Shown here one piece after another: positions 1 through 8,577 of a stretch of 60,303 nt of DNA. Positions within the stretch are counted from its first letter, which is position 1, and every line of letters starts with the position of its first letter. Position numbers and translations under genes: made by a program. The notes beneath the pieces were generated by a model. The model did no database searches and was not told the DNA's origin. It was given only the letters and a program-made list of their open reading frames with translations. Origin of the DNA: an uncultured Clostridia bacterium (GTDB lineage Bacteria > Bacillota > Clostridia > Christensenellales > UBA1750); contig CALWRM010000028.1 of the NCBI GenBank assembly GCA_944383925.1, positions 1-60,303 of the forward strand, in the 5' to 3' direction.

Positions 1-1
1 G

Positions 2-334
2 GCGGGCTTATCGCTGACCATGGCCAGCTCCTGGTGGGACAACGAGGAGCTCATGGCGCCCGGCGCGGACAAGGGCGGCGGCGTGGCCGCGCTGGCGGAA
101 AAGCTGCAAATCCCCCTGGAGAGCGTGATGGTGCTCGGCGACAACCAAAACGACCTGAGCATGTTCCGCGTGGCGGGCTTCCCCGTCGCCATGGGCAACG
201 CCACGGAGGAGATCAAGGCCGCTTCCCGCGCCGTGACCCTGGACAACGACCGCTCCGGCGTCGGTTACGCCGTGGAAAAATACGTGCTTGAATGCGCACA
301 AGACGAACGAGGAGGAAGACCCCATGATCTGTAA
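2..334 (+). CDS. Cof-type HAD-IIB hydrolase, C-terminal part (5' truncated by the window edge)
   Basis: HAD motif III/IV region 'ADKGGGV...MVLGDNQNDLSMFRVAGFPVAMGNA'; the frame is open to the window start. Confidence 0.85.
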   Translation, partial: AGLSLTMASSWWDNEELMAPGADKGGGVAALAEKLQIPLESVMVLGDNQNDLSMFRVAGFPVAMGNATEEIKAASRAVTLDNDRSGVGYAVEKYVLECAQDERGGRPHDL

Positions 335-800
335 AAGCTGTGGAGCCAATCTGCGCGACGACGACCGCTTCTGCGAGCATTGCGGCGCAAAGGTAGAGCC
401 TTCGGCCCAGGCCGGCCAGCCGAGCTACAGCCAGCCCTACGCCGACCCCAGCCAATCCCAGGGCAACAGCTATAACAACGCCGTGCAGGGCGCGCCCGCC
501 CAGGGCTCCGGCATTAACGACTACCTGGTCGGCAACATCATCCTGTCCGTGCTGGCCCTGTTGTGCTGCGCCTGCCCGTCCCTCGTCACCGGCATCATCG
601 GCATCGTATTCTCTTCCCAGGTCAAGAGCGCCCTGAGCGCCGGCAAGTACGACGAGGCCGCCCAGAAGGCCAAGACCGCCAAGGTGCTTTTCTTCGTGAC
701 CTTGGGCCTTGTGCTGCTGGCCCTGGTGCTCAGCATCATCTCCTTCTCCACAGGCATGCTCAACGGCTATTTGGAAGAGATCCTGTACGACCTGAACTAA
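324..800 (+). CDS. Zinc-ribbon plus CD225/dispanin-family membrane protein
   Basis: N-terminal CKSCG...FCEHCG zinc ribbon, a low-complexity linker, then 'DYLVGNIILSVLALLCC...GIIGIVFSSQV...GKYDEAAQKAKTAK'; GGAGGA RBS before ATG 324. Confidence 0.75.
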   Translation: MICKSCGANLRDDDRFCEHCGAKVEPSAQAGQPSYSQPYADPSQSQGNSYNNAVQGAPAQGSGINDYLVGNIILSVLALLCCACPSLVTGIIGIVFSSQVKSALSAGKYDEAAQKAKTAKVLFFVTLGLVLLALVLSIISFSTGMLNGYLEEILYDLN

Positions 801-806
801 AACGCC

Positions 807-1184
807 ATGAAGACAAGGCTCTTGCCCCTAGCCCTATGCGTCCTCGGCGCCCTAGGCATAGGGGCGCTCGTCTATCTTTATTTTCATAGTCCCTATGAGC
901 AGACGGTGACCATCTGCCCCATCTACCAGCTCACGGGCCTGCGGTGCCCGGGCTGCGGAATGACGCGGGCGCTGTATTGTCTGCTGCACCTGGACCTACA
1001 AGGGGTTTTCCGCGAAAACCCCTTTTTGTTTGTGCTCCCCTTTGCGGGCTATCTGGCCCTGACGGAGCTCCTTCCCCTCTGCGGCGTGCCTTGGCGCCTG
1101 CCCAGGCTGCGCCTGTCGGCGCCCTGGGTGCTTGCGCTGCTCGCCGTGTGGGTGGTGTATGGCTTTGGCCGCAACTTCTTTTAG
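807..1184 (+). CDS. DUF2752-domain membrane protein
   Basis: 'CPIYQLTGLRCPGCGMTRA...NP' signature with flanking TM segments. Confidence 0.85.
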   Translation: MKTRLLPLALCVLGALGIGALVYLYFHSPYEQTVTICPIYQLTGLRCPGCGMTRALYCLLHLDLQGVFRENPFLFVLPFAGYLALTELLPLCGVPWRLPRLRLSAPWVLALLAVWVVYGFGRNFF

Positions 1185-1232
1185 CTTGGGCTTTTTCAAA
1201 GCCCCGAACTTGTAAAAAGGCGGATGGTTTTC

Positions 1233-1715
1233 ATGCACATCGTATTGGTTGAGCCGGAGATTCCTCAAAACACGGGCAACATCGCAAGAACCTGCGCGGC
1301 GACGGGCGCCACGCTGCACCTGGTGCATCCCTTGGGCTTTTCCATCGACGAAAAGCATGTCCGCCGCGCGGGCTTGGATTATTGGTCCCTGGTGGACCTG
1401 CAGGAGCACCAGAGCTTTGCAGAGCTGCAGGCGCTCTACCCCTCCGCCAGCTATTTCTACGCCACCACCAAGGCCCAGCGCTGCTACACCTCCGTTCGCT
1501 ACCCGCCCGACGCCTTTTTGGTCTTCGGCAAGGAGACAAAGGGCCTGCCCGAGGAGCTGCTGCGCAAAAACCTGGACCGCTGCATCCGCATCCCCATGCG
1601 CGACGGCCTGCGCTCGCTGAATCTGGGCAATTCCGTCGCCGTGGTGCTCTACGAGGCCCTGCGGCAAAACGGCTTTGCCTCCCTGCTCGGTCAGTCCGCA
1701 TATTTTAACCATTAA
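1233..1715 (+). CDS. trmL: tRNA (cytidine/uridine(34)-2'-O)-methyltransferase, SPOUT family
   Basis: 'HIVLVEPEIPQNTGNIARTC', 'RRAGLDYW', 'FGKETKGLP', 'RSLNLGNSV'; alternative start at 1224. Confidence 0.93.
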   Translation: MHIVLVEPEIPQNTGNIARTCAATGATLHLVHPLGFSIDEKHVRRAGLDYWSLVDLQEHQSFAELQALYPSASYFYATTKAQRCYTSVRYPPDAFLVFGKETKGLPEELLRKNLDRCIRIPMRDGLRSLNLGNSVAVVLYEALRQNGFASLLGQSAYFNH

Positions 1716-1814
1716 ATAACCTATTTTCCAGCAATTCGACATTATTCCATCGCTTTATACCCGTATAATAAAAAGTAATAGCACAAAACAAACACCCGAG
1801 GAGGAGCTGTCGCC

Positions 1815-3428
1815 ATGGGTTGGCAAAACTTTTTTACTCTCGCAGGTGGGCTTGGGCTTTTTCTGTACGGCATGAAGTTCATGGGCGACGAATTGGAGCG
1901 CGCCGCAGGCAAGAGCCTGCGCAACCTTCTGGAAGTTTTAACCCGCAACCGCTTTCTCGGCCTGCTGGTGGGGCTGGTCTTCACCATGCTCATCCAAAGT
2001 TCTTCCGCCACCTCGGTGATGGTGATCGGCTTTGTCAACGCCGGCCTGATGAATATGTACCAGGCTTGCGGCGTGCTGCTGGGAGCCAACATCGGCACCA
2101 CCATCACCGCCCAACTGATCGCCTTTAAGCTCAGCGACGTGGCCCCTGTCATCCTGCTCATTGGCGCGGCCATGTACATGTTTATCAAAAAGACCTCCCT
2201 ACGCCAGATCGGCGGCGTGGTGATGGGCTTTGGCATGCTGTTCGTGGGGCTGGATCTGATGAGCGACGCCATGGCGCCGCTGAAGGACATGCCCGAGGTG
2301 GCCGCCTTCATGAGCCAGTTCTCCAACCCGGTGCTCGGCATCCTGGTGGGCGTGGCCGTGACGGCGCTGATCCAGTCCTCCTCCGCCTCCGTCGGCATCC
2401 TGCAGGTGCTGGCCGCCCAGGGCACCATCGGCCTAGACGCGGCGGTGTTCGTGATTCTTGGCCAAAACATCGGCACGACGGTTACCGGTCTGCTGGCCGC
2501 CATCGGCACCAACAAGACGGCCGTGCGCACGGCTGTGATGAACTTGCTCATTAAGGTCATCGGCGCGGTGCTCTTCTACGTGCTGTTGCAGCTGCTGCCC
2601 ATGGTGGAGTGGGTGGCCGCCCTCTCCCCCAACGACCCCATGCGCCAGATCGCCAACGCGCACATGTTCTACAACATCCTCAACGTGGCCGTGCTCTTCC
2701 CCTTCACCAACCAGCTGGTGCGCCTGTCCACCCGTCTGGTTCCCGGCGTGGACAAGACCCAGGAGGCGTTGTCCGTGCAGTACCTGAACGATTCCGTTCT
2801 CGGCACGCCGCCGGCCGCCATCTTGCAGGCCATCAAGGAGATCAACCGCATGCAGCGCATCGCCTACCGGAACATCGATCGGGCGATGACCGCCTTCCTG
2901 GGCGGGGGCTCCAAGGAGGTAGAGGCGCCCCTGGAGCAGGACGAGGGCCTTGTGGATTACCTGAGCGATGAGATCACCAAGTACCTCATCCGCATCGCCC
3001 AAAACGAGATGCAGCCCCGGGAGGCCAACCTGGTCGGTTCCCTGCACCATGTGGTCAACGACATCGAGCGCATCGGCGATCATGCGGAGAACATCCTCGA
3101 ATATGCCATGAAGCGGGAAGAGGACAAGGTCTCCATCTCCGAGGCGGGCATCTCGGAGCTGTCGGAGATGTACGGTTATGTCAAGGACATCCTCTCCCTG
3201 GCCAGCACCGGCTTTGACTCCAGCGACAAAACCCGCGTGGACAAAGCCTATGCATTGGAGGCCAAGGTGGACGAGATGCAGGAACTGCTCACTGACCGGC
3301 ACATCGAACGGCTGAACAAGTCCCTCTGCACGCCTGTGGCTGGCATACTGTTCACCAACATCATCACCAACCTGGAGCGCGTGGCGGACCACGCCATCAA
3401 CATCGTGGGCATCGAGGACAAGGCCTGA
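1815..3428 (+). CDS. Na/Pi cotransporter family protein with C-terminal PhoU domains
   Basis: Two QSSSA repeats, GANIGTT/GQNIGTT, PhoU-like 'DIERIGDHAENI' and 'LERVADHAINI'; GGAGGAG RBS. Confidence 0.92.
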   Translation: MGWQNFFTLAGGLGLFLYGMKFMGDELERAAGKSLRNLLEVLTRNRFLGLLVGLVFTMLIQSSSATSVMVIGFVNAGLMNMYQACGVLLGANIGTTITAQLIAFKLSDVAPVILLIGAAMYMFIKKTSLRQIGGVVMGFGMLFVGLDLMSDAMAPLKDMPEVAAFMSQFSNPVLGILVGVAVTALIQSSSASVGILQVLAAQGTIGLDAAVFVILGQNIGTTVTGLLAAIGTNKTAVRTAVMNLLIKVIGAVLFYVLLQLLPMVEWVAALSPNDPMRQIANAHMFYNILNVAVLFPFTNQLVRLSTRLVPGVDKTQEALSVQYLNDSVLGTPPAAILQAIKEINRMQRIAYRNIDRAMTAFLGGGSKEVEAPLEQDEGLVDYLSDEITKYLIRIAQNEMQPREANLVGSLHHVVNDIERIGDHAENILEYAMKREEDKVSISEAGISELSEMYGYVKDILSLASTGFDSSDKTRVDKAYALEAKVDEMQELLTDRHIERLNKSLCTPVAGILFTNIITNLERVADHAINIVGIEDKA

Positions 3429-3450
3429 GCCTGCGCATCCAAGGCGCAAA

Positions 3451-3488
3451 GGGCGCCGGAACCCCATGGGTTCCGGCGCCCTCCTTTT
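3451..3488. terminator. Hairpin terminator between convergent genes
   Basis: GGGCGCCGGAACCC-cat-GGGTTCCGGCGCCC followed by a T-tract. Confidence 0.7.
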
Positions 3489-3501
3489 GCCGAATTGTCC
3501 G

Positions 3502-4509
3502 CTAGGCCTTTGGGTAAACCAGCGCGTCGGCGGCGATCAGCGCATCGATGTTGCGGTTCCATTCCTCGTCGATCTGTTGCAGCTCCGGATGGGTCCGGAA
3601 GTAGTCCACGGACTGGCGCACGCCCACCGCACAGGGCGTGGTGCACACAAACTCCGGCACGAGCCGCTTGATCTTGCTGCAATCGAACACCACCGAGGAG
3701 CTCTTGTCCCCCAGCAGGTCACCCAGCTCGCCGGGCATGAAGCGGGCGATTTGGTCCGCGCTCATGTGGACGATCTTGGGCCGAACGCCCACGGCGTCGC
3801 CGATGGTGTAGGCGATCTCGTCCCAGGTAAGCACCTCGTCGCTGACGATGTGGAAGGCCTCGCCGATGGCTTGGCGGTTGCCCATCAGCCCGACGAAGCC
3901 CTTGGCAAAGTCGGTGTTGTGGGTCATGCTCCAAAGGGAGGTTCCGTCGCCGTGGCAGACGATGGGCTTGCCGTCCAGCATGCGCTGCACCAGGGACCAG
4001 GGCTTGCTCCAGCTGCCCATGGCAAAGGGGATCTGGGTGGGGCCATAGGTCAGGGAGGGACGGACGATGGTGATGGGGAAGTCCAGCTCCCTGTGGGCGC
4101 GCATGCATACGTCCTCGCACATGCGCTTGTCCCTGCCGTACTGCCAATAGCGGTTGTTGAGCGGATGGGACTCGTCGATCAGGTAGCGCCGCATGGGCCT
4201 GGCATAGGCCGCGCCGGAGGAAATGAGGATGTACTGGCCGCAGCGGCCCTGAAACAGCTCCACGTCCCTTTCCACGCGCTCCGGCTTAAAGGCGATCCAC
4301 TCCACCACCACGTCGAAGCGCTCGTTGCCCAGCTTCTCCTGCAGCGCCGCCTCGTCCCGTATGTCGCATTCGATCACGCGGGCCCCTTCCGGCACGAATT
4401 GAGACCGGCGGCCCCGATTGAGCAGGGTCAGCTCCCAACCCTTCTGAATCGCCCTTTCCGACACCGCGCTGGAGATCAGCCCGGTGCCCCCGATGAACAA
4501 AGCCTTCAT
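3502..4509 (-). CDS. NAD-dependent epimerase/dehydratase (extended SDR)
   Basis: 'MKALFIGGTGLIS' Rossmann start, YGRDK catalytic-type motif, 'TIVRPSLTYG'; GGAGGG RBS. Confidence 0.88.
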   Translation of the reverse strand: MKALFIGGTGLISSAVSERAIQKGWELTLLNRGRRSQFVPEGARVIECDIRDEAALQEKLGNERFDVVVEWIAFKPERVERDVELFQGRCGQYILISSGAAYARPMRRYLIDESHPLNNRYWQYGRDKRMCEDVCMRAHRELDFPITIVRPSLTYGPTQIPFAMGSWSKPWSLVQRMLDGKPIVCHGDGTSLWSMTHNTDFAKGFVGLMGNRQAIGEAFHIVSDEVLTWDEIAYTIGDAVGVRPKIVHMSADQIARFMPGELGDLLGDKSSSVVFDCSKIKRLVPEFVCTTPCAVGVRQSVDYFRTHPELQQIDEEWNRNIDALIAADALVYPKA

Positions 4510-4547
4510 CCTTCGCACCCTCCTCGATCTATTTTTCCTCCATAGGA

Positions 4548-4577
4548 AAAGCGGGCGTTTGCGCAAACGCCCGCTTT
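4548..4577 (-). terminator. Perfect 30-bp palindrome, probable nrdDG terminator
   Basis: AAAGCGGGCGTTTGC|GCAAACGCCCGCTTT just downstream of nrdG. Confidence 0.6.
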
Positions 4578-4578
4578 G

Positions 4579-4607
4579 ATGATACGCCGCCAAGCCGCAG
4601 CTGTCAA
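4579..4607 (-). promoter_or_regulatory. Sigma-A promoter for the SDR gene
   Basis: TTGACA-17 nt-TATCAT on the minus strand. Confidence 0.6.
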
Positions 4608-4632
4608 TATGGCCGCCAAACGGACGCCCCGC

Positions 4633-5133
4633 CTACAGGCTGTCCTCCGGCAGGCAGACGGCCCTTCCCTCCCGCAGGGAGGCGGGCACGTCCAGAATCC
4701 TCTGGTTGGCGGATCCGCGGAAGCGCAGCTCCAGGGAGCGCTGCGCCTGCACATAGGGGCCGTCCACCAGCAGGTCCAGCTGCTCCAGCAGGGGCCTGGC
4801 GTCCGGCCTTTCCAGCAACTCCTCGAAGAGAAAGCCGGTGTAGGCCATCACGTGCCTGCCCAGGGCCTTGGCGCCCTTGGCCAGGCAGGCAAGGGGTTGC
4901 GGTTGAAGAAAGGGCTCGCCGCCGCTGAGGGTCAGCCCCTTGTCCAAGGGATTTTCCCGAAGGCGGCGCAGGACGTTCTCCGTCTCCTCCCAGCGGCCGC
5001 CCTCCGGGTCGTGGGTGGAGGGATTGTGGCAGCCGGGGCAGTTTCGATCGCAGCCCTGCACGAAGACCGCCAGGCGAAAGCCGGGGCCGTCTACGATGGA
5101 ATCCTCCTGGATTCCCGCCAGCTTAAAGCGCAT
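4633..5133 (-). CDS. nrdG: Anaerobic ribonucleotide reductase activating enzyme (radical SAM)
   Basis: 'DSIVDGPGFRLAVFVQGCDRNCPGCHNP', 'GLTLSGGEPF', 'RGSANQRI'; follows nrdD. Confidence 0.95.
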   Translation of the reverse strand: MRFKLAGIQEDSIVDGPGFRLAVFVQGCDRNCPGCHNPSTHDPEGGRWEETENVLRRLRENPLDKGLTLSGGEPFLQPQPLACLAKGAKALGRHVMAYTGFLFEELLERPDARPLLEQLDLLVDGPYVQAQRSLELRFRGSANQRILDVPASLREGRAVCLPEDSL

Positions 5134-5137
5134 GCTC

Positions 5138-7462
5138 TCACATCTCCCCCAGGCCGTGCTTGACCCTATCCCGCTCCTCGGCGCGCTTGGCGTCGTTGAA
5201 GCTGGCCAGCGTGCCCACCAGGTAGCCGGTGACGCGGCGGATGCGCTCAAAGGGCGCGTCCGGGCTCTCCTCCCTGCCGCACTTGGGACAGGTATCGCCG
5301 ATGATGCCGTTGTAGCCGCAGACGGGGTCCCGGTCCACGGGGTGGTTGACGGAGCCGTAGCCCACGCCCGCGTCGTGCATGCAGCGGATCACCTGCTCAA
5401 AGGCCTCCAGGTTCTGCAGGGGATCGCCGTCCATCTCCACATAGGTGATGTGGCCCGCGTTGGTCAGCTCGTGGTAGGGAGCCTCCAGGCGGATCTTCTT
5501 AAAGGCGGAAATGGGGAAGTACACGGGGATGTGGAAGGAGTTGGTGTAATACTCCCTGTCCGTCACGCCGGGGATGATGCCGTAGCGGGCCTTGTCCTTG
5601 CGCACGAAGGTGCCGGAGAGGCCCTCCGCGGGCGTGGCCAGCAGGGTGTAGTTGAGCCCGGTCTTGGCGCTCTCCTCGTCCACGCGGGCGCGCATATGGC
5701 CGATGATGTCCAGGCCGAGGTTCTGGGCCCGCTCGCTTTGGCCGTGGTGCTCGCCGATGAGGGCCACCAGGCACTCCGCCAGGCCGATGAAGCCGATGGA
5801 GAAGGTGCCGTGCTTGAGCACCTCGCGGATGGGCTCGTTGGGGCCGAGCTTGTCGGAATCGATCCACACGCCCTCGCCCATCAGGAAGGGGAAGTTGGCC
5901 TTGGTCTTGCCGGCGATCATCTCAAAGCGCTCGTTCAGCTGGTCGATCACCAGGTCGATGCGCCGGTCCAGCTCCTCGAAGAACAGAGAGATGTCGCCCT
6001 TGGCGCGGATGGCCAGGCGGGGCAGGTTGATGGAGGTGAAGCTCAGGTTGCCGCGGCCGGGGCTGATCTGGCGGTCCTTGTCGAAGTTGTTGCCGATGAC
6101 GCGGGTGCGGCAGCCCATGTAGGCGATTTCCGTCTCCGGATGGCCGGGCTTATAGTATTGCAGGTTGAAGGGGGCGTCCTGGAAGGAAAAGTTGGGGAAC
6201 AGGCGCTTGGCGCTGACCTTGCAGGCCAGCTTAAACAGGTCGTAGTTGGGCTCGCCCTCCTCGTAGTTGATGCCTTCCTTCACGCGGAAGATCTGGATGG
6301 GAAAGATGGGGGTCTCCCCGCCGCCCAGACCGTCCCAGGTGGCCAGCAGCACGTTGCGCATGACCATGCGGCCCTCGGGCGAGGTATCCATGCCGTAGTT
6401 GATGGAGGAAAAGGGGATCTGCGCGCCCGCGCGGGAGTGCATGGTGTTCAGGTTGTGGATGAGGGCCTCCATGGCCTGGAAGGTAGCCCGGTCGGTCTCC
6501 TTGGCGGCGTGCCCGCGGGCGAAGTCCTGGCAGCGCTCCACGTCCTGGGTGGCCGCAAACTCCTGCAGCAGGGCGGCCTCGGCCTTGCGGTAGGCCTCGT
6601 CGTGTTCCAAGCTGGGCTTGAGGCCCTTCTCGCCCAGGGCGGCGACGGTCTCGTCCACGCGCTGCTCCCAGTCCACCTGGCCGCCCACCAGCAGCTCCAG
6701 GGCCCGGGCCAGGTTCTGGCGGTAGCGCCGCACATAGGTCTTGGCCACGCCCGGGGCAAGGCCGTAATCGAAGTTGACGATGGACTGGCCGCCATGCTGG
6801 TCGTTTTGGTTGGATTGGATGGCGATGCAGGCCAGGGCCGAGTAGGAAGCGATGTCCTGGGGCTCGCGCAGCACGCCATGGCCCGTGCCAAAGCCGCCCT
6901 TGAACAGCTTGAGCAGGTCGATCTGGCAGCAGGTGGTGGTCAGGGTGAGGAAGTCCAGGTCGTGGATGTGGATATCTCCCTCCCGATGGGCCTTGGCGTG
7001 TTCGGGCTTGAGCACGAACATGTCGTTGAACTGCTTGACGCCCTCGGAGCCGTACTTGAGCATCATGCCCATGGCGCTGTCGCCGTTGATGTTGGCGTTT
7101 TCGCGCTTGAGGTCGCTGTCGGCGGCCTTGGAAAAGGTGATGTCCTCGTAGATCTTCATCAGGCGGGTCTGCATATCGCGGGAACGGGTGCGCTCGGCAC
7201 GATACAAAATGTACGCTTTTGCGGTGCGCACATAGCCGTTCTCAATGAGGGCGCTCTCCACCAAATCCTGGATCTGCTCCACGGAAGGGGTGGAACCCAG
7301 GGTCTGGTCGGCCTTGGCGGCCACCTCCCTGGCCAGCGTCTGGCAAACGTCCATGCCCTTGGACTGATGGGTGGCGGTGAAGGCCTTCTGTATGGCCTGG
7401 GCAATCTTGTCCTCGTCAAACGGCACGAGCCTGCCGTCCCTCTTCACAATCGTGCTCAGCAT
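5138..7462 (-). CDS. nrdD: Class III anaerobic ribonucleoside-triphosphate reductase
   Basis: ATP-cone 'IVKRDGRLVPFD', 'YMGCRT', 'ATPAEGLSG', glycyl-radical 'RRVTGYL'; alternative GTG start at 7471. Confidence 0.97.
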   Translation of the reverse strand: MLSTIVKRDGRLVPFDEDKIAQAIQKAFTATHQSKGMDVCQTLAREVAAKADQTLGSTPSVEQIQDLVESALIENGYVRTAKAYILYRAERTRSRDMQTRLMKIYEDITFSKAADSDLKRENANINGDSAMGMMLKYGSEGVKQFNDMFVLKPEHAKAHREGDIHIHDLDFLTLTTTCCQIDLLKLFKGGFGTGHGVLREPQDIASYSALACIAIQSNQNDQHGGQSIVNFDYGLAPGVAKTYVRRYRQNLARALELLVGGQVDWEQRVDETVAALGEKGLKPSLEHDEAYRKAEAALLQEFAATQDVERCQDFARGHAAKETDRATFQAMEALIHNLNTMHSRAGAQIPFSSINYGMDTSPEGRMVMRNVLLATWDGLGGGETPIFPIQIFRVKEGINYEEGEPNYDLFKLACKVSAKRLFPNFSFQDAPFNLQYYKPGHPETEIAYMGCRTRVIGNNFDKDRQISPGRGNLSFTSINLPRLAIRAKGDISLFFEELDRRIDLVIDQLNERFEMIAGKTKANFPFLMGEGVWIDSDKLGPNEPIREVLKHGTFSIGFIGLAECLVALIGEHHGQSERAQNLGLDIIGHMRARVDEESAKTGLNYTLLATPAEGLSGTFVRKDKARYGIIPGVTDREYYTNSFHIPVYFPISAFKKIRLEAPYHELTNAGHITYVEMDGDPLQNLEAFEQVIRCMHDAGVGYGSVNHPVDRDPVCGYNGIIGDTCPKCGREESPDAPFERIRRVTGYLVGTLASFNDAKRAEERDRVKHGLGEM

Positions 7463-7497
7463 CTGGAACACTCTCCCCTTTTTTAAGTCCGTCGCCT

Positions 7498-7526
7498 AGT
7501 ATATACCCCTAGATATAGTATGTCAA
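7498..7526 (-). promoter_or_regulatory. nrdDG sigma-A promoter with an NrdR box in the spacer
   Basis: TTGACA (7526-7521)-17 nt-TATACT (7503-7498); ATACTATATCTAGGGG (7521-7506) resembles the NrdR-box consensus acaCwAtATaTwGtgt. Confidence 0.75.
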
Positions 7527-7636
7527 TCATTTCCTGCCACGATTTATGGGATGGAAACAACTTCCAGGCTTGCCTTGGCGCCGGGCGTATGTTACCATGA
7601 AACGGCAGTTTGTCACATGGAAACGGGGGTTTGGAG

Positions 7637-8059
7637 ATGAATATCTTGGTGATTGACGGTCAGGGCGGCGGCATCGGCAGGCAGCTGATCGAGGCGGTGC
7701 GCCGGCTTTGCGGCGAAAGGCCCCATATTTGGGCCGTGGGCACCAACGCGGCCGCCACGCAGGCAATGCTACGTTCTGGAGCGAACGAGGGCGCCACGGG
7801 CGAGAACCCCGCCCTCGTGCTGTCGGCCAAGGCGGACCTGTTGCTGGGTCCCCTGGGGATCGTGCTGGCGGATTCCATGCTCGGCGAGATCACGCCCACC
7901 ATCGCGGCGGCGGTGGGCCGCTCCCCCGCCCATAAGATTCTGGTTCCCCTCTCCCGCTGCGGCGTGGAGATCGCGGGCCTGGCGAGCCCCGCGCTGAGCG
8001 AATCCATCCGCTGCGCAGCCGAGCGGGTGCAGGCGCTGTTGGAGGCGGCGGAGCCTTAG
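7637..8059 (+). CDS. DUF3842 family protein
   Basis: 'ILVIDGQGGGIG', 'AVGTNAAAT', 'GATGEN', 'MLGEITP'. Confidence 0.85.
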   Translation: MNILVIDGQGGGIGRQLIEAVRRLCGERPHIWAVGTNAAATQAMLRSGANEGATGENPALVLSAKADLLLGPLGIVLADSMLGEITPTIAAAVGRSPAHKILVPLSRCGVEIAGLASPALSESIRCAAERVQALLEAAEP

Positions 8060-8136
8060 CCCAGCGACGCCCGGGGCGCGCCCGGCCGCCTGGACGCGCC
8101 TTTTCCGTAGGCGCCCGGCCCCAAAGAGCGCAAAGG

Positions 8137-8174
8137 AAGGGGGAGCTTGGCCTTTGGCCAAGCTCCCCCTTTTT
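8137..8174. terminator. Bidirectional intrinsic terminator
   Basis: AAGGGGGAGCTTGGCC-ttt-GGCCAAGCTCCCCCTTTTT between convergent genes. Confidence 0.8.
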
Positions 8175-8199
8175 GTTTGTCCCCCAGGGGCTTTGCGGT

Positions 8200-8577
8200 C
8201 TATCCCTCCTGCCCGTCGGCGGCCGGGGCCTGGTAGTCCTTGCCCCACAGCCCCTTCTGGCGGTCGAAGTTCACCTTGTTCTTTTCCAGATACATGCGGT
8301 GCAGCTCCTCGGCGTCCATGCCCGCGTCCAGGCACATGCTCACGAAGAAGTGCAGGATGTCCACCAGCTCCTCCTTCACGCGGGTTTCGCTGACGGGTTT
8401 CTTGTTCTTCCACCACTTAAAATTGACCTCGTCCAGCAGTTCGGAGAGCTCGGAGACCATGGCTAGGGTCTCGCGCTGGATCCATTCCTCCATCCCGATG
8501 TCGTGCAGCTGCCTTTGGTCCCGCAATGTCTGGTTGAAGCTTTGCTGCATGAAAAAGATCTGTTCCAGCTTGTCCAT
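8200..8577 (-). CDS. Dimeric all-alpha dUTPase (dUTPase_2 family)
   Basis: 'SELSELLDEVNFKWWK', 'KEELVDILHF', 'YLEKNKVNFDRQ'. Confidence 0.85.
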   Translation of the reverse strand: MDKLEQIFFMQQSFNQTLRDQRQLHDIGMEEWIQRETLAMVSELSELLDEVNFKWWKNKKPVSETRVKEELVDILHFFVSMCLDAGMDAEELHRMYLEKNKVNFDRQKGLWGKDYQAPAADGQEG

